Counted from the stretch's first letter, positions 29,501-40,887 are shown. The stretch: 64,000 bases of DNA from an uncultured Desulfospira sp. (GCA_963663165.1 OY760175.1:1184001-1248000); one strand, 5' to 3'. Numbers and translations: made by a program. The notes: generated by a model from the letters alone, not told the origin.

Positions 29501-32500
29501 ACAGCTAAAAGATTTTCAGCAGGTTATTCGAGGGAAAGCCGTTTCATCGGCTAACATTTTGCGGGTTGAGGTGAGTACCGACAACGGTATCACCTGGCAG
29601 GAAGCCCAGGGTACGAAAACCTGGTCCTACAATTGGACCGCTCCCGGGGATGGGGTCTATTCTCTTTATTCAAGGATGATTGACCAAAACAACGTTATCA
29701 GTACGCCGGCTGAGGTTGTGACCATCACCATAGACATCTCCCAGCCCACCACATCCGGTACCCTTACTGAAAACGAGACCTGGACCGGAGCAGTTATGCT
29801 GACCGGAGATGTGACTGTACCTGAAGGCATGACCCTGACCATACAACCCGGAACAATAATTCAATGTGCGGCGCAAACCGATGATCAGGCCGCAGGCCGC
29901 AATGCCTCCAGGATAGAATTCCTGGCCTATGGTTCCCTGGTTGCACAGGGAACGGCTGATGAACCAATTGTTTTCACTTCCGGAGCCGGGCCGGATGCCT
30001 CTCCAGGGGACTGGGAAGGCATTTATACTACAGACGAACTATCACTGGAATATGTAACCATAGCGTATGCTCAAACTGGCATTGAAGTGTTTATTGAAGA
30101 AAGCGGAAACATTTTTTCTTTTAAAAACGGAATAATTCAATATAGTGCGGAAGACGGTATTTATATTTACCGCGAAGGAGATGGAATAGCTGCTGTCAAA
30201 ATTGAAAGAAACCTAATATCAGACAACGGCCGGCATGGTATTTATACACATGTTCTTTCAGGGACTACCTCCCTGGACCTTTCAATCACTTTCAACGAAA
30301 TCGGAGACAACAGTGACACAGGAATTAACATCAATATAGGCGGCAGCCCCTCGGCCATTATAGCCTTGGTTGAAGGTAATCATCTTTATGGGAATACCGA
30401 GCACGGCCTTTCTTTTGGATTCAACTCTACAAACGGCGCGTCTGATATTAATGTGTTGAACAATGTTGTGGAAGAGAACAATACTGGCATTGATATATTC
30501 TTTTATTATGCGGATTCCAATTACTTGTTTAAAGTGGTAGGCAATGATGTCCAGTCCAACCAGACCGGTATCAGCCTGAAAAGTCATCACACAACAGTTT
30601 CACCGCAGATTGCATCCAATCGGGTATCAAGAAATTTAAAAAATGGAATTGAATGCATTTTTAGCGGTATAGAAAGCTACACTTTCCTGCCACAGCTTTC
30701 CGACAACGTGGTAACCCATAACAGTGGCAACGGGATTCATCTGAACCTTGCGCACGCTGTCAGTCTTGCCGGCAATACCATTTACGGGAATAACACCTAT
30801 GACCTTTATAATGACAGTGCCGTGGATATTGATGCAAAGGGCAACGGGTGGGGCACTGCCACCACCAATGAGATCAACCAGGGCGGTAACCCCAAAGACC
30901 TTAAAATGATCTACGATTTCCATGACGATGATGCAAAAGGAACCGTGGACTATGCGGACTGGATCGAAAGCGATTCGATCCCTGATCCCCCGACCCTTAA
31001 TCCCGTATCGTCGCCTACCACAGGAGATGACCTGGGCGGTGGCGTTCTGGGGCAGTTGATCTCAGGAACCAAAGGCGATCAAACGGCAGTGCTGTGCAAC
31101 AATGAAGTGATCGTACCCCTGGACGGCACCACAACCTGGTCTTATCCCCTGCCCCTTAATGAAGGGGTGAATTCTTTAACTTTTCAATGCATGAATTCCG
31201 ATCAGGAAGCCGGTACCAGTATCAGTGAAATCATTCAGATGGATTCAACACCTCCCCAGGTCCAATCCAGTTCTCCGGAGAATGGATCATCAGTAGATGC
31301 GGATGTGAGCCGGGTCGAAATTGTCTTAAACGAGACCGGTGTCGGGATAGATGAAACCGAAACCCTGGACAGCGCTGCCATAACAGACGAAACAGGCAAG
31401 AGCATTGAGGGCCAATGGTCGATAACCGGAAATCAGCTTTCTTTCACGCCGGAATCCCCCATGGGAGAGGGCGGTTATATGATTTCCCTTACACCGGCGG
31501 ATACTCTTGGAAATGCTCAACCGGTACAGATAGCCTTTTCAATTGTTCCAACAGATACCGTGGCACCTGAAGATGTAACAAACCTGGCCGTCCAGTGCGG
31601 CCAAACCCAGCTTATATTCACCTGGACGGCCCCGGCCGATTCCGACGGTGACTTTGCAGGCTACACCATCTATTTTAATGGGGATGCTGTTGGGCAATCT
31701 CTGGAGAAGACCCAAAACAGCTATACGGCTAACGGTCTTTCAGCAGCCGACCGGTACAATTTCACCATTAAGACCCGGGACAACGACGGCAACTTAAGCA
31801 ACGGTATCTCCCTGGACGGAGTCACCCTGCTGCCCAATCCGTCCGGTATTACCGCTACTGCCAACAGTCAATACGCAAGCGTTTCCTGGAATCCGGTTTC
31901 ACCGGCCGGCCTGGTGAAGCATTACGCCGTATATGTAAAAAATGCGGATTATGCTTCAGTGGGAGGACTGGCCCCGGAAATGACCACCACCGGCACCTCT
32001 GTAAATGTGACGGGTTTGAACAACAACCAAAAATACTTTTTCAGTGTAACCACCGTCAACCTGTCCGGCGGAGAAGATAAAGACAGCATAACAACCGTCT
32101 CGGCAACACCCCAGGCAGATATTACAGGGCCTGAGATCTCCAATGTGACATTGAACGGCGTATCCATGACCAATGCAATGGCCGTAGACAGTCGGGCGGA
32201 CATTAACTGCAATGCATCGGATGAAAGCGGCGTATCTCGGGTTGAGTTTCTGATTAACGGCAGATTGTATTCCGATACCGGCGGACCGGATTATTCATGC
32301 CAATGGGACATTGCTTCAGTTGAGGACGGTTCATATTCCATTCAGGTTACGGCCTATGATACTTTAGGCAACACCACCACAGTGTCCTATCCCGTATCCG
32401 TGGCCTTGGCCAAACCCGCTGCACCAGTCATCACCGCCCCTGCCGGAGGAGAAGTTGTCAATACGCCGTCCGTGAACATATCGGGAACCGCCCTGGAACT

Positions 32501-35500
32501 TGCCGATGTAATGGTTTATGTGAACGGGAGCGCCTCAGGCGATTGGATAACAGCAGACGATCAGGGCAATTTTAATCTTGCCATAACCCTTTTTGAGGGA
32601 GAAAACACCCTTCAGGCCGTGGCCCGGAACCGGGCAGGCCAAAGCCCGTTCAGCACTGCCGTAACCATTACCCTGGATACGGACATCCCGGACAGCCCCA
32701 CACATCTTGAAGCCGAACCTGTTGCCGGTGGTGCCGTTTCCCTGAACTGGACCAGGCCGTTGGAAAGCACGGTCAAAGGCTACAACCTGTACCGGTCCGA
32801 TACCCGGTTTTCCACCATTGCCCAGGCAGATCAAATCAATTCCGGCCTGATAAAAGCAACACTCCGCAATGATCTGCCCAATGAAGACAAAGAATATTTT
32901 TACGGTGTCACGGCCGTGGATCATGCCAGCAATGAAAGTGCTTTATCCAACATAGTCTCTGCCGTTTCCGACCGGGCAGCACCCCAGGCCCTGTCCATAG
33001 AGTACTTTCCTTCAGGTGCTTTTGATGCAGATACCGGCCGCATGGGACCCGGATTTGTCAACGTAACCCTTACCTTAAGCGAACCCCTTGCCGCTACGCC
33101 GTTTTTGAGCATCAATCCCATCGGGGCCGTGCCCATGACAGTGAATCTGACACAGCAATCCGACCTGATTTATACCGGTTTGTTTTCCATTGACCAGGAT
33201 ACACCCACCGGCACGGCCTATGCCGTATTTTCCGCCAGGGATGAAGCCGGGAACCGGGGGGATGCCATAATCGAGGGCGACACCGTAGAGATTGACACCA
33301 GCGGCCCGGAATTAACAGACATCATACTTAATCCCCAGGCACCTGTTCAAAACGATGAATCCGAACCTGTCGAGATAACAGTGGTGCTGGGACTTGACGA
33401 ACCGGTCAAGGCGGGAGAGCCCCCAACCCTGTCTTACCTGCTTTCCGGTGAGGGCCGGACAGCTACAGACATTGATACCCTGACACTTATGGACACCGCA
33501 GACGGCCATGCCCAGACCTGGCAGGCCGTATTTGTCCTTCCGGCCGATGCCGGCCTTAACGGAGCAGAAACCCTGGAATTTATCTATTCCGCCGTGGATG
33601 ACCTGGACAATGTTTCAGACAAAGTCAGTGCAGACAATGCCTTCCAGATTTACCAGGGGGATCTGCCCCCCTTAGAAGCGCCCACGGGTCTTACCGGGGT
33701 CAGTATGCCGGCAGGGGAGATCAGCCTTACATGGAATGCCGTGGATTTTGCCGCAGGATATGTGGTGTACCGGATGGCTCCCGGGCAAGCTCAGCTTTCC
33801 CTTTTAACCACCCTTGACACCACACAATATACGGACCAGCCGGACCAGGAAGGCACCTACACCTATGCGGTGGCAAGTCTGCGCAGTGAAAACGGCCAGG
33901 AAGCCGAAAGCGCCCAAAGTGCGTCTGTTGAAGTTGAGTCCGATGCCACGGCCCCGGGGGTACCCACCGGCCTTACCCTGGCGCTGACACCCCAGGGTAT
34001 CCTGGCCCAATGGACCGAACCTGCCCTGACAGAAACCGTAACCTATGCCCTGTACCGGGCCGATACGGCAGACATCTCTTCAGTGGAAGGCCTTGGGGCC
34101 GTACACACCGATATCCTGGGAACCCAGGCCCTTGATACCACCCCGTCAGAAACCCATCACTATTACGTGGTAACAGCCGTGGACCCGGCCGGTAACGAAT
34201 CCGCCCCATCCGAGCCCGGTTACCATGATTTTGAGCTGCTGCCCGTACAAACCCTGACAGTGACAAGATCCGGCCAGGATGACCCTGTAATCGCCTGGAC
34301 CCATACCGGTTCCAGCATTACCGGGTATGACATTTACCTTGGCCCTTCGGATAACCTTGTCAAGCTGAACAGCGAGCTGAACAGCGAACGGCTGACCCAA
34401 TCCTCTTTTACGGATACCGGGTATGACGGCAGTGAAAGACAGTATACAGTTGTGGCCGTGAACCATAACGAAGTGCCATCCCTGGGCCGCAGCATTATCC
34501 TGCCCGTTCTGGGCATGGATCTGCCTGAAGATGCCGTTCTCAAACGAGGGTTGATGAACCGCCTGGAATATACCGTGGCCAACAGCGGAACCAGTGCTGT
34601 GGAAAGAGCGGTTTTAAAGGTAACGGCCCAGGGCCGGGAACATATCTCACAATCCTTTGGCATTGCCCCGGGTGCATCCCAGACCGTACCCGTGGTGATT
34701 GGCGGGTACAGCGACCTGCCGGACATGGTATCCCTGGTCTCTGCCATAGAGATCACCCCCAATGACGGAGAAACCGTCCGCATCGAAAGCAAGGCCGATA
34801 TTGAGGCCGGCACCGGCATGCTCCTTCTCACCTTTACCAATGACGAACTTGTCCGGGGCACGAAAGGTGAGATTGTTTTCACCCTGGAGAACACCGGGGA
34901 TGAACAGATCGAAATAATTACGGCCCGGTCCAATGGCCACCCGTCTGCCGACATTACCCTTTACCTCAGCGATGAAGACGGCAACATCCTTTCCACAGGC
35001 ACTTACACCCAGGTATACGGCAGCAACGTGGTCAACCTGTACAACGGCGGCACCATTGCGCGCATCAACCCCGGTGAGACTTTTGAATCCCAGCCCATGG
35101 CCATTGCCGTGCCTTCAGCAGTTCCGGATGACCTTGTGCTGACCCTTGAGATCAGCAATATCTATTACGCTTCAGGAGAGCCCGAACAGGTCACCATGGC
35201 GGGGGTAAGCACCAGCCGGGACATCACGTTGATGGATACAGCCTACTACGGAGAGATCCTGGCCATCACCCCGGAAGCGTCCAACGGCACCCGGGATATA
35301 GAAATCATCGGCCGGGCCGTGGACCGCAGCGACGGCCAGCCTCTTGCGCAAGTCCCCCTGATCCTGGTGATTACCTTTGACGGATTTGAAAAAAGCGCCA
35401 AGGTCTATACCGGCAGTGACGGCAGTTTTACCTATGCCTTTGAACCCACCCCGGGCCAATACGGAGAGTATAAAGCCTGCGCCATCCATCCGGATCTGAT

Positions 35501-38500
35501 GGACCGTCCGGTCCAGGGAAGATTTACCATTGCACAAACCGTTAAAGACCGGATCGGGTTTGCCCCGGCAAGTGCTGAACTCACCACCTGCCTGCGGTAT
35601 GAACGGCAAATCGAAGTCACCGTCACCGCAGGCAGTGAGGCTTCGGCAACCAACCTCGGGTTTGTCTATGAGGCATCTGACCAGGAAGAAGAGACCCTGC
35701 CCCAGGGCATTCATGTGGATACGGGTGATCCGGTTGCCGAACTTGGTCCCGGAGAGACCCAGACCATCACCATCACCCTGTGGGCCGATAATACGGCCGA
35801 AGAAAACACCACCATAACCCTCAGGCTGGTCAGCGACGAGGCCCCTGATACCGGCTGGGGAGAATTGCCCATCCGTATCCAAACCACGGACACAGGCCCG
35901 GTGGTAACCAGTGAGCCTAACCGCATAGAAACCGGCCTTGCCCTGGACCAGAGTGTTACAGAAACCCTCACCCTCAAAAACATTGGGTTCGCCCCCCTGG
36001 TTGATCCTGCGGTGTCTCTGGTAAACCGTGACGGCACCCCGGCCCCGGGCTGGGTGTTGTTGAACCTGCCATCGGACATGGATGCCATTGAGGTCGGGGA
36101 AAGCGTAGATGCCACGGTGCTATTTTCTCCCACCCAGGCTGAAGTATCAGAAGGAGAGTATTATTTTTACATTCAGGTGCAAGGCGCCAATTATGCGGCC
36201 GTAAACATCCCTGTCCATGCGGTGGTGACCAGTTCCGGCACGGGCCATATCCTGTTCAAGGTATCGGACATCTACACCGGCACCATTGATGAAAAAACCG
36301 GCAAGATGATCCAGGGACTGTCCGGAGCCGCGTTGACCCTGCAAAACGAGAGTGCCGCAAGCATCACCTACAGCGGTGGTACAGACCAATACGGGGAGCT
36401 GCTCTTATCCGACATCCCCGCAGGCCGGTACAAGTATATCTTAAAAGCAGACGACCATGAGCAGTCCATTGGCCGGGTCTGGATCAAGCCGGGCATTACA
36501 GCCACCCAGGATGTTTTTTTAAACAACACCCTTGTCACCGTGGAGTGGTCAGTGGTTGAGACCGGTATCCAGGACCAGTATGAGATCGTATTAAAGGCTA
36601 CCTATGAGACCAATGTCCCGGCACCGGTGGTGGTGGCCGATCCCCTGTCCGTCTCCCTTGCGGGCATGTCACCCGGCGATGTCCTGTCCGGAGAAATCCG
36701 GTTCACCAATTATGGGCTGATCCGGGCGGACAATATTGAATTTGCGGCCCCTTCGTCTGACCAATATTTTAAATACGAGTTTTTAGACATCCCTGCCACC
36801 ATAGAAGCCAAAGAATCTGTCAATGTGGCTTATCGCGTAACCTGTCTGTCAAGCCTGACCGGTGAGGATGAGGGCAACGGCGGGGGGGCCGGAAGCTATT
36901 CGAAATCGGGTAAAATGAGTTACTCTGCCAAGTGTTACTCCGGGTCTATATCAGTTAATTTCAATGTCCCGGGAACCGGCAGCGGTGGTGACTGGACAAT
37001 GCCTTGGGGATCGGCGAGCAGCACAGGCTTTGGCCGTTCCAGCGAAATTCCCGAAGGAGTGAAATGCTGGCCAGGTTATGACCGTGAAGAACCATCCTTT
37101 CTTAACGCTCCAAAATCAGATCAAATCCAATGCGTTTTGTCTTCAGTGAATATGCTGCACCGGGAATATAATCGCCACAAAACCGACATCCGGGTCAAGG
37201 TGCCCGGCGGGACGATAAGTTTTGAACGGCGGTATTACGACAACCAGTGGCACCTGGATTATCTGGATGATAATTTAACCTTTCAAAGCACAGGATCGGA
37301 CTTAATTATTAAAAACGATGTTAAATACAAACCTGTCGCCAACGACAGCCGTATTTTTATCCATAAAAATTATAAAATCATCACTACCGACACCGGGTAT
37401 ACCTGGAAGGCACCCCATGGCGACTGGAAAAAATTTGACCCGGACGGCCGCATGATGTCTTACGGTGACCGGAACGGCCTGGTGGCCCAACTCATTTACG
37501 AAGATGGAGAAAATGGACGCCTTACAGGCATAGCCGATAAAAACATGCGCCAAATATTCTGGTTTGAATACGACGGGGAAGGAAACCTGGCAGCCGTAGA
37601 AGACTTTGAGAGGCGTCGGATTGAATACTCTCATGGGAATGGCCTGCTTACGGACGTCCAGGATTTACAGGGGAATACAACCAGCTATGAATACGACGAT
37701 GAGAACCGGATTATAAAGACAACTACGCCAGACGGGCATTATTCCACAGTGGTATACGACGAATACGACAATGTGACTCAATCCCTGGATGAAAATAACC
37801 AGGGGTACGGTTTTGAGTATGTCTATAGTGAATCCACAAGGCTGTCTTATGCCATGGTCACTTCTCCTGCAGGGCAGGTCAAGGAGGCCTGTTATGACCT
37901 GGACGGGTACACCCGCAGGGTTGACATAAACGGGCGTACAGTCAAGACCATTGATGTATCACTAAGAACCTTTGCCGTGACCGATGAGAACGGCAATGTA
38001 ACCATAGAAGAGTATGATGAATGGGGAAATTTAACCCGGATGAGCTACCCGGACGGCAGTGAAGTAACCTACGAATACGAACGGACCTATAACCAACCGG
38101 TCCGCAAGGTAAATGAAAACGGGGTGGTAAGCTTTTTTGAATATGACGACAACGGCAACCTGACCCAAAAGACGGAAGCAGCCGGAACCGATGATGAACG
38201 GATAACCCAACACACCTATGATGAAGACGGCAATACCCTGACCATCACCATTTTGGCGGATGCCGATACAAGTGTCTCTCAAACCGTGATGACCTATGAT
38301 GACAACGGCAACCTTGAAACCCTTACCGACCCGGCAGGCGGAATTACCCGGTTCACCGATTATGACATTACAGGCAGGCTCCTTACAAAAATCGACGCCA
38401 GGGGCAAAACCTGGGGCTATACCTACGACAACAAGGGCAATCTTAAAACCGCCACCGATCCTTTGGGCAACACCACTGAATATGAATACGATAAAGCCGG

Positions 38501-40871
38501 CAACCGGACCCGAATGGTGGATGCCCTGGGCCGTCAGACCCTGTTTGAATACGACCTCCACGGCAACCTTGTCCTGCAAACCGACCACGAGGTCAACGAA
38601 ACCCGGTTTGAATATGATGCCGGCAATAACCTGATCCGGAAAACCGATGCCCAGGGCTCCACCACCCAAAGTACCTATGACACCGAAGGCCGCATGGTCA
38701 GCACGGTTGACGGCCATGGGGATGAGACCGCTTTCGAATACAATGATACAGATACCGGCTGCTCGTCCTGCAACGGTTCCCGGGGCCTGCCCTCCAGGAT
38801 CATCTATCCCACGTTCACAAAAACATTCACCTATGACAGACGAAACCGGAAAACCGCAGAGACAGACCATCTGAACGATACCACCGAAACCACCACCCTG
38901 TTTGAATATGACAGCGCCGGCAACCTTGCCGCAAAAACCGACAAAGAGGGGCGAACCACCGCATACACCTATGATGCCCTGAACCGGATTACAAAAGTAA
39001 TTGACCCGGCCAACGGTGAAACCATTTATGAATATGACGACCGGGACAACCTGATATCACTGACCGACGCTGAAAACCAGACCACGCTATTTGAGTATGA
39101 CGCAGCCAACCGACTGGTAAAGGAGACCCGTCCCCTGGGCAATGAGACCACCTACGCCTATGACGACGCCGGCAACCTGATCGAAAAGACCGACGCCAAA
39201 AACCAGAGAACCGAATATGAATATGACGATGCCGGCAGGCTAAATGAAATCCGTTACTTTGCATCTTCAATCGATACTACCCCTGCCAAAACCGTGACCT
39301 TCTCCCACGACAAAACCGGCAACCTGACCGGCTACAACGACGGGACCACTTCAGCGGTTTACACCTACAACACCTTAAACCAGAAAATCAAAGAAACCAT
39401 GAACTACGGGGCATTCTCCCTTGAAACCGGCACCACCTATTACGGCAACGGCATGAAAAAGACCCAGACCGGGCCGGACGGCACCACCTACGGCTACCTG
39501 TACGACGCCAACAATCAACTTTCTGCTGTACAGGTCCCCAATGCCGGGTATATAACTGTGGGCGAATACCAGTGGAACCGGCCCAAGTCTTTGCTGTTCC
39601 CCGGAGGCAGCCAAAGGACCGTTGAATACGACCCACTCATGCGCATCAAGCAGATCACGGCCCGGGACCAGGCAGACAATCAAAACTTAAGCTTGGCTTA
39701 TGAGTACGACAAAATGGACAACATAACCGCCAAAGCCACGGAACACGGCTCTTATGTTTATGAATACGATGCCCTGTACCGGTTAACAAATACGGACAAC
39801 CCGGTCCAGGATGACGAGGCATTTACCTATGACAACGTGGGCAACCGGCTGACATCGTCAGAGACTTCAGACCAGTGGGCCTACAACCAGAACAACGAAC
39901 TGGCCGGTTACGACGATGTAACCTTTACCCATGACGCCAACGGCAACATCATCGAGAAGAACAATAACGGTACCATCACCCGCTTTTACTACAATATCGA
40001 AAACCGCCTGGAGCGTGTAGAAAGCGAATCCGGAACAGTAATTGCCGAATACTACTATGACCCCTTTGGCCGCCGTCTCTGGAAAGACGTATCCGGAACC
40101 CGAACCTGCTACCACTACACCGACGAGGGCCTGGCAGGCGAATACAATGCCGCAGGCAACACGGTGAAGACCTACGGCTATAAACCCGGCGGAACCTGGG
40201 GAACCGATCCGTTGTTCATGAAAGTTGGGCCTGAGTACTATTTTTATCACAACGATCACTTGGGCACCCCGCAAAAAATGACGGCTGTCAATGGGGCTGT
40301 GGTTTGGTCGGCTACGTATAGTTCGTTTGGTGAAGCTGAGGTTGATTCTGCGTCTACGGTTGAAAATAATTTGCGGTTCCCGGGACAATATTTTGATGCT
40401 GAAACCGGGCTGCACTATAATTGGTTCAGATATTATAATCCTGAAACTGGGCTGTATATCACCACTGATCCTATTGGCCTTTCAGGTGGGATTAATCTTT
40501 ATAGTTACGCCCAAAATGATCCGGTTAATTTGATAGACCCCGAGGGATTATTCTGGCAATGGCTGGCAGTTGAAACAGCTAAACGTTTTCCAAAGCCTAC
40601 GAGTCAAAATAAAATAATTCGTGAATTAGCTCAAAAAGAATTAGATGCACTAAACAAAGAATGGCCATGCGCTTCTGGATTATCTGAAAGAAAAAAACAG
40701 CTTGAAGATCTTATACAATATACGCACAAAAATGCCATAGAAAGAAATATAGATATGTTTAATAGATATAGTAGAGATTTCTATAAATTTATTACCAAAA
40801 ATCCAAATAATCACTCTACTACCGGAAATATGATCGATCGATATCGCTATTTCCACAGGCAACAAAATTAA
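26508..40871 (+). CDS. Giant (4787 aa) RHS/YD-repeat polymorphic toxin: signal peptide, three beta-helix/Ig modules, FN3/Big domains, RHS barrel, about 105-aa variable tip
   Basis: RBS AAGGAG; hydrophobic signal ending AGA; YD repeats; HNDHLGTP, LRFPGQY, DPIGL..G.NLYSYAQNDPVNLIDPEGL core. Confidence 0.93.
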   Translation: MCFTGPAGNNHHQSITINKKLNRIFSLLVIAATAVLLSFSNAGAVSGVLNSDETWTGNVIVTGDITVGEGVTLTIAPGTVVKFKAHADDTADGNDASISELIVKGSLIANGTEDSPILFTSDASIGSAGDWGGIYGKWNQAGENIFQFQHCEIGYSTVGVSFEYTQGINELIINGCSIHDQTYDAVRTYYSEEFKGGTVINTQLEISVDNNKIKNAGGYGIWTNDYAGLSKITGNTIQNAGNAGIYVEANTALETDNSLDISGNIISLTNYFGICIKGLNNLLFIQINNNELYNITGTQNHHAGIYFQDYSGLNNKTVRITGNQVHDNTGACGIFIWGSGSNTDVSIALNKIYGNGLEGIYYTASSSETAVILYNDIHNNGSDGLFINSEADAVVNFNNITDNGDAGYAVRNNSTNTVDARFNWWGALVTQEINAGGNPKNITRIYDTYDERSKGKVDYSGWLSQAVIQPTELVSKITSPMDNDRVKATELVILGVAVASAGVKQVEINLNDGTGWHGASGTENWSYSWSDPGDGTYTLLTRVTDNQGIVETPGTGVVVIIDSTLPTTSGTLTTDEIWSGTITLTGDVTIPDGVTLTIQPGTTVQCAALSDDQAGGSDTSRIEILVNGSLNVPGIEGSPIVFTSDSGNPTSGDWAGIRLASESGNPNFTMSYCTVSYCTTAIYYESSGDSATVEITGSKFEHLSGNGLHFYGNSSTNLEIFVNNNTIADAGGYGIQSNDYGSNSKITGNTIQNTGNAGIYIQENISPETESRLEISGNTISYAMDHGMYIKTLANARYIQIKNNEVSDITGTAYNRAGIYLYDSFDSSKVISVNGNQVHDNTDACGIFIMSHGSSTDVDIALNEIYGNSMEGIVWGTVSSSEPAEIFYNDVHDNGWDGLFIYSKGGAIVNYNNFTGNGAGCYAVQNDGGIPVDARFNWWGAVVTEEIKTGGNPKDISRIYDTYDDSSRGTVDYSGWMDEAIITPTEPFSWIISPQNDSQLKDFQQVIRGKAVSSANILRVEVSTDNGITWQEAQGTKTWSYNWTAPGDGVYSLYSRMIDQNNVISTPAEVVTITIDISQPTTSGTLTENETWTGAVMLTGDVTVPEGMTLTIQPGTIIQCAAQTDDQAAGRNASRIEFLAYGSLVAQGTADEPIVFTSGAGPDASPGDWEGIYTTDELSLEYVTIAYAQTGIEVFIEESGNIFSFKNGIIQYSAEDGIYIYREGDGIAAVKIERNLISDNGRHGIYTHVLSGTTSLDLSITFNEIGDNSDTGININIGGSPSAIIALVEGNHLYGNTEHGLSFGFNSTNGASDINVLNNVVEENNTGIDIFFYYADSNYLFKVVGNDVQSNQTGISLKSHHTTVSPQIASNRVSRNLKNGIECIFSGIESYTFLPQLSDNVVTHNSGNGIHLNLAHAVSLAGNTIYGNNTYDLYNDSAVDIDAKGNGWGTATTNEINQGGNPKDLKMIYDFHDDDAKGTVDYADWIESDSIPDPPTLNPVSSPTTGDDLGGGVLGQLISGTKGDQTAVLCNNEVIVPLDGTTTWSYPLPLNEGVNSLTFQCMNSDQEAGTSISEIIQMDSTPPQVQSSSPENGSSVDADVSRVEIVLNETGVGIDETETLDSAAITDETGKSIEGQWSITGNQLSFTPESPMGEGGYMISLTPADTLGNAQPVQIAFSIVPTDTVAPEDVTNLAVQCGQTQLIFTWTAPADSDGDFAGYTIYFNGDAVGQSLEKTQNSYTANGLSAADRYNFTIKTRDNDGNLSNGISLDGVTLLPNPSGITATANSQYASVSWNPVSPAGLVKHYAVYVKNADYASVGGLAPEMTTTGTSVNVTGLNNNQKYFFSVTTVNLSGGEDKDSITTVSATPQADITGPEISNVTLNGVSMTNAMAVDSRADINCNASDESGVSRVEFLINGRLYSDTGGPDYSCQWDIASVEDGSYSIQVTAYDTLGNTTTVSYPVSVALAKPAAPVITAPAGGEVVNTPSVNISGTALELADVMVYVNGSASGDWITADDQGNFNLAITLFEGENTLQAVARNRAGQSPFSTAVTITLDTDIPDSPTHLEAEPVAGGAVSLNWTRPLESTVKGYNLYRSDTRFSTIAQADQINSGLIKATLRNDLPNEDKEYFYGVTAVDHASNESALSNIVSAVSDRAAPQALSIEYFPSGAFDADTGRMGPGFVNVTLTLSEPLAATPFLSINPIGAVPMTVNLTQQSDLIYTGLFSIDQDTPTGTAYAVFSARDEAGNRGDAIIEGDTVEIDTSGPELTDIILNPQAPVQNDESEPVEITVVLGLDEPVKAGEPPTLSYLLSGEGRTATDIDTLTLMDTADGHAQTWQAVFVLPADAGLNGAETLEFIYSAVDDLDNVSDKVSADNAFQIYQGDLPPLEAPTGLTGVSMPAGEISLTWNAVDFAAGYVVYRMAPGQAQLSLLTTLDTTQYTDQPDQEGTYTYAVASLRSENGQEAESAQSASVEVESDATAPGVPTGLTLALTPQGILAQWTEPALTETVTYALYRADTADISSVEGLGAVHTDILGTQALDTTPSETHHYYVVTAVDPAGNESAPSEPGYHDFELLPVQTLTVTRSGQDDPVIAWTHTGSSITGYDIYLGPSDNLVKLNSELNSERLTQSSFTDTGYDGSERQYTVVAVNHNEVPSLGRSIILPVLGMDLPEDAVLKRGLMNRLEYTVANSGTSAVERAVLKVTAQGREHISQSFGIAPGASQTVPVVIGGYSDLPDMVSLVSAIEITPNDGETVRIESKADIEAGTGMLLLTFTNDELVRGTKGEIVFTLENTGDEQIEIITARSNGHPSADITLYLSDEDGNILSTGTYTQVYGSNVVNLYNGGTIARINPGETFESQPMAIAVPSAVPDDLVLTLEISNIYYASGEPEQVTMAGVSTSRDITLMDTAYYGEILAITPEASNGTRDIEIIGRAVDRSDGQPLAQVPLILVITFDGFEKSAKVYTGSDGSFTYAFEPTPGQYGEYKACAIHPDLMDRPVQGRFTIAQTVKDRIGFAPASAELTTCLRYERQIEVTVTAGSEASATNLGFVYEASDQEEETLPQGIHVDTGDPVAELGPGETQTITITLWADNTAEENTTITLRLVSDEAPDTGWGELPIRIQTTDTGPVVTSEPNRIETGLALDQSVTETLTLKNIGFAPLVDPAVSLVNRDGTPAPGWVLLNLPSDMDAIEVGESVDATVLFSPTQAEVSEGEYYFYIQVQGANYAAVNIPVHAVVTSSGTGHILFKVSDIYTGTIDEKTGKMIQGLSGAALTLQNESAASITYSGGTDQYGELLLSDIPAGRYKYILKADDHEQSIGRVWIKPGITATQDVFLNNTLVTVEWSVVETGIQDQYEIVLKATYETNVPAPVVVADPLSVSLAGMSPGDVLSGEIRFTNYGLIRADNIEFAAPSSDQYFKYEFLDIPATIEAKESVNVAYRVTCLSSLTGEDEGNGGGAGSYSKSGKMSYSAKCYSGSISVNFNVPGTGSGGDWTMPWGSASSTGFGRSSEIPEGVKCWPGYDREEPSFLNAPKSDQIQCVLSSVNMLHREYNRHKTDIRVKVPGGTISFERRYYDNQWHLDYLDDNLTFQSTGSDLIIKNDVKYKPVANDSRIFIHKNYKIITTDTGYTWKAPHGDWKKFDPDGRMMSYGDRNGLVAQLIYEDGENGRLTGIADKNMRQIFWFEYDGEGNLAAVEDFERRRIEYSHGNGLLTDVQDLQGNTTSYEYDDENRIIKTTTPDGHYSTVVYDEYDNVTQSLDENNQGYGFEYVYSESTRLSYAMVTSPAGQVKEACYDLDGYTRRVDINGRTVKTIDVSLRTFAVTDENGNVTIEEYDEWGNLTRMSYPDGSEVTYEYERTYNQPVRKVNENGVVSFFEYDDNGNLTQKTEAAGTDDERITQHTYDEDGNTLTITILADADTSVSQTVMTYDDNGNLETLTDPAGGITRFTDYDITGRLLTKIDARGKTWGYTYDNKGNLKTATDPLGNTTEYEYDKAGNRTRMVDALGRQTLFEYDLHGNLVLQTDHEVNETRFEYDAGNNLIRKTDAQGSTTQSTYDTEGRMVSTVDGHGDETAFEYNDTDTGCSSCNGSRGLPSRIIYPTFTKTFTYDRRNRKTAETDHLNDTTETTTLFEYDSAGNLAAKTDKEGRTTAYTYDALNRITKVIDPANGETIYEYDDRDNLISLTDAENQTTLFEYDAANRLVKETRPLGNETTYAYDDAGNLIEKTDAKNQRTEYEYDDAGRLNEIRYFASSIDTTPAKTVTFSHDKTGNLTGYNDGTTSAVYTYNTLNQKIKETMNYGAFSLETGTTYYGNGMKKTQTGPDGTTYGYLYDANNQLSAVQVPNAGYITVGEYQWNRPKSLLFPGGSQRTVEYDPLMRIKQITARDQADNQNLSLAYEYDKMDNITAKATEHGSYVYEYDALYRLTNTDNPVQDDEAFTYDNVGNRLTSSETSDQWAYNQNNELAGYDDVTFTHDANGNIIEKNNNGTITRFYYNIENRLERVESESGTVIAEYYYDPFGRRLWKDVSGTRTCYHYTDEGLAGEYNAAGNTVKTYGYKPGGTWGTDPLFMKVGPEYYFYHNDHLGTPQKMTAVNGAVVWSATYSSFGEAEVDSASTVENNLRFPGQYFDAETGLHYNWFRYYNPETGLYITTDPIGLSGGINLYSYAQNDPVNLIDPEGLFWQWLAVETAKRFPKPTSQNKIIRELAQKELDALNKEWPCASGLSERKKQLEDLIQYTHKNAIERNIDMFNRYSRDFYKFITKNPNNHSTTGNMIDRYRYFHRQQN

Positions 40872-40887
40872 AGAACCTAACTATTAA

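Noticed and set aside
26508..40871. T6SS or CDI effector
   Set aside because: No PAAR, VgrG, EagR or TpsB features seen; the N-terminus looks like a Sec signal
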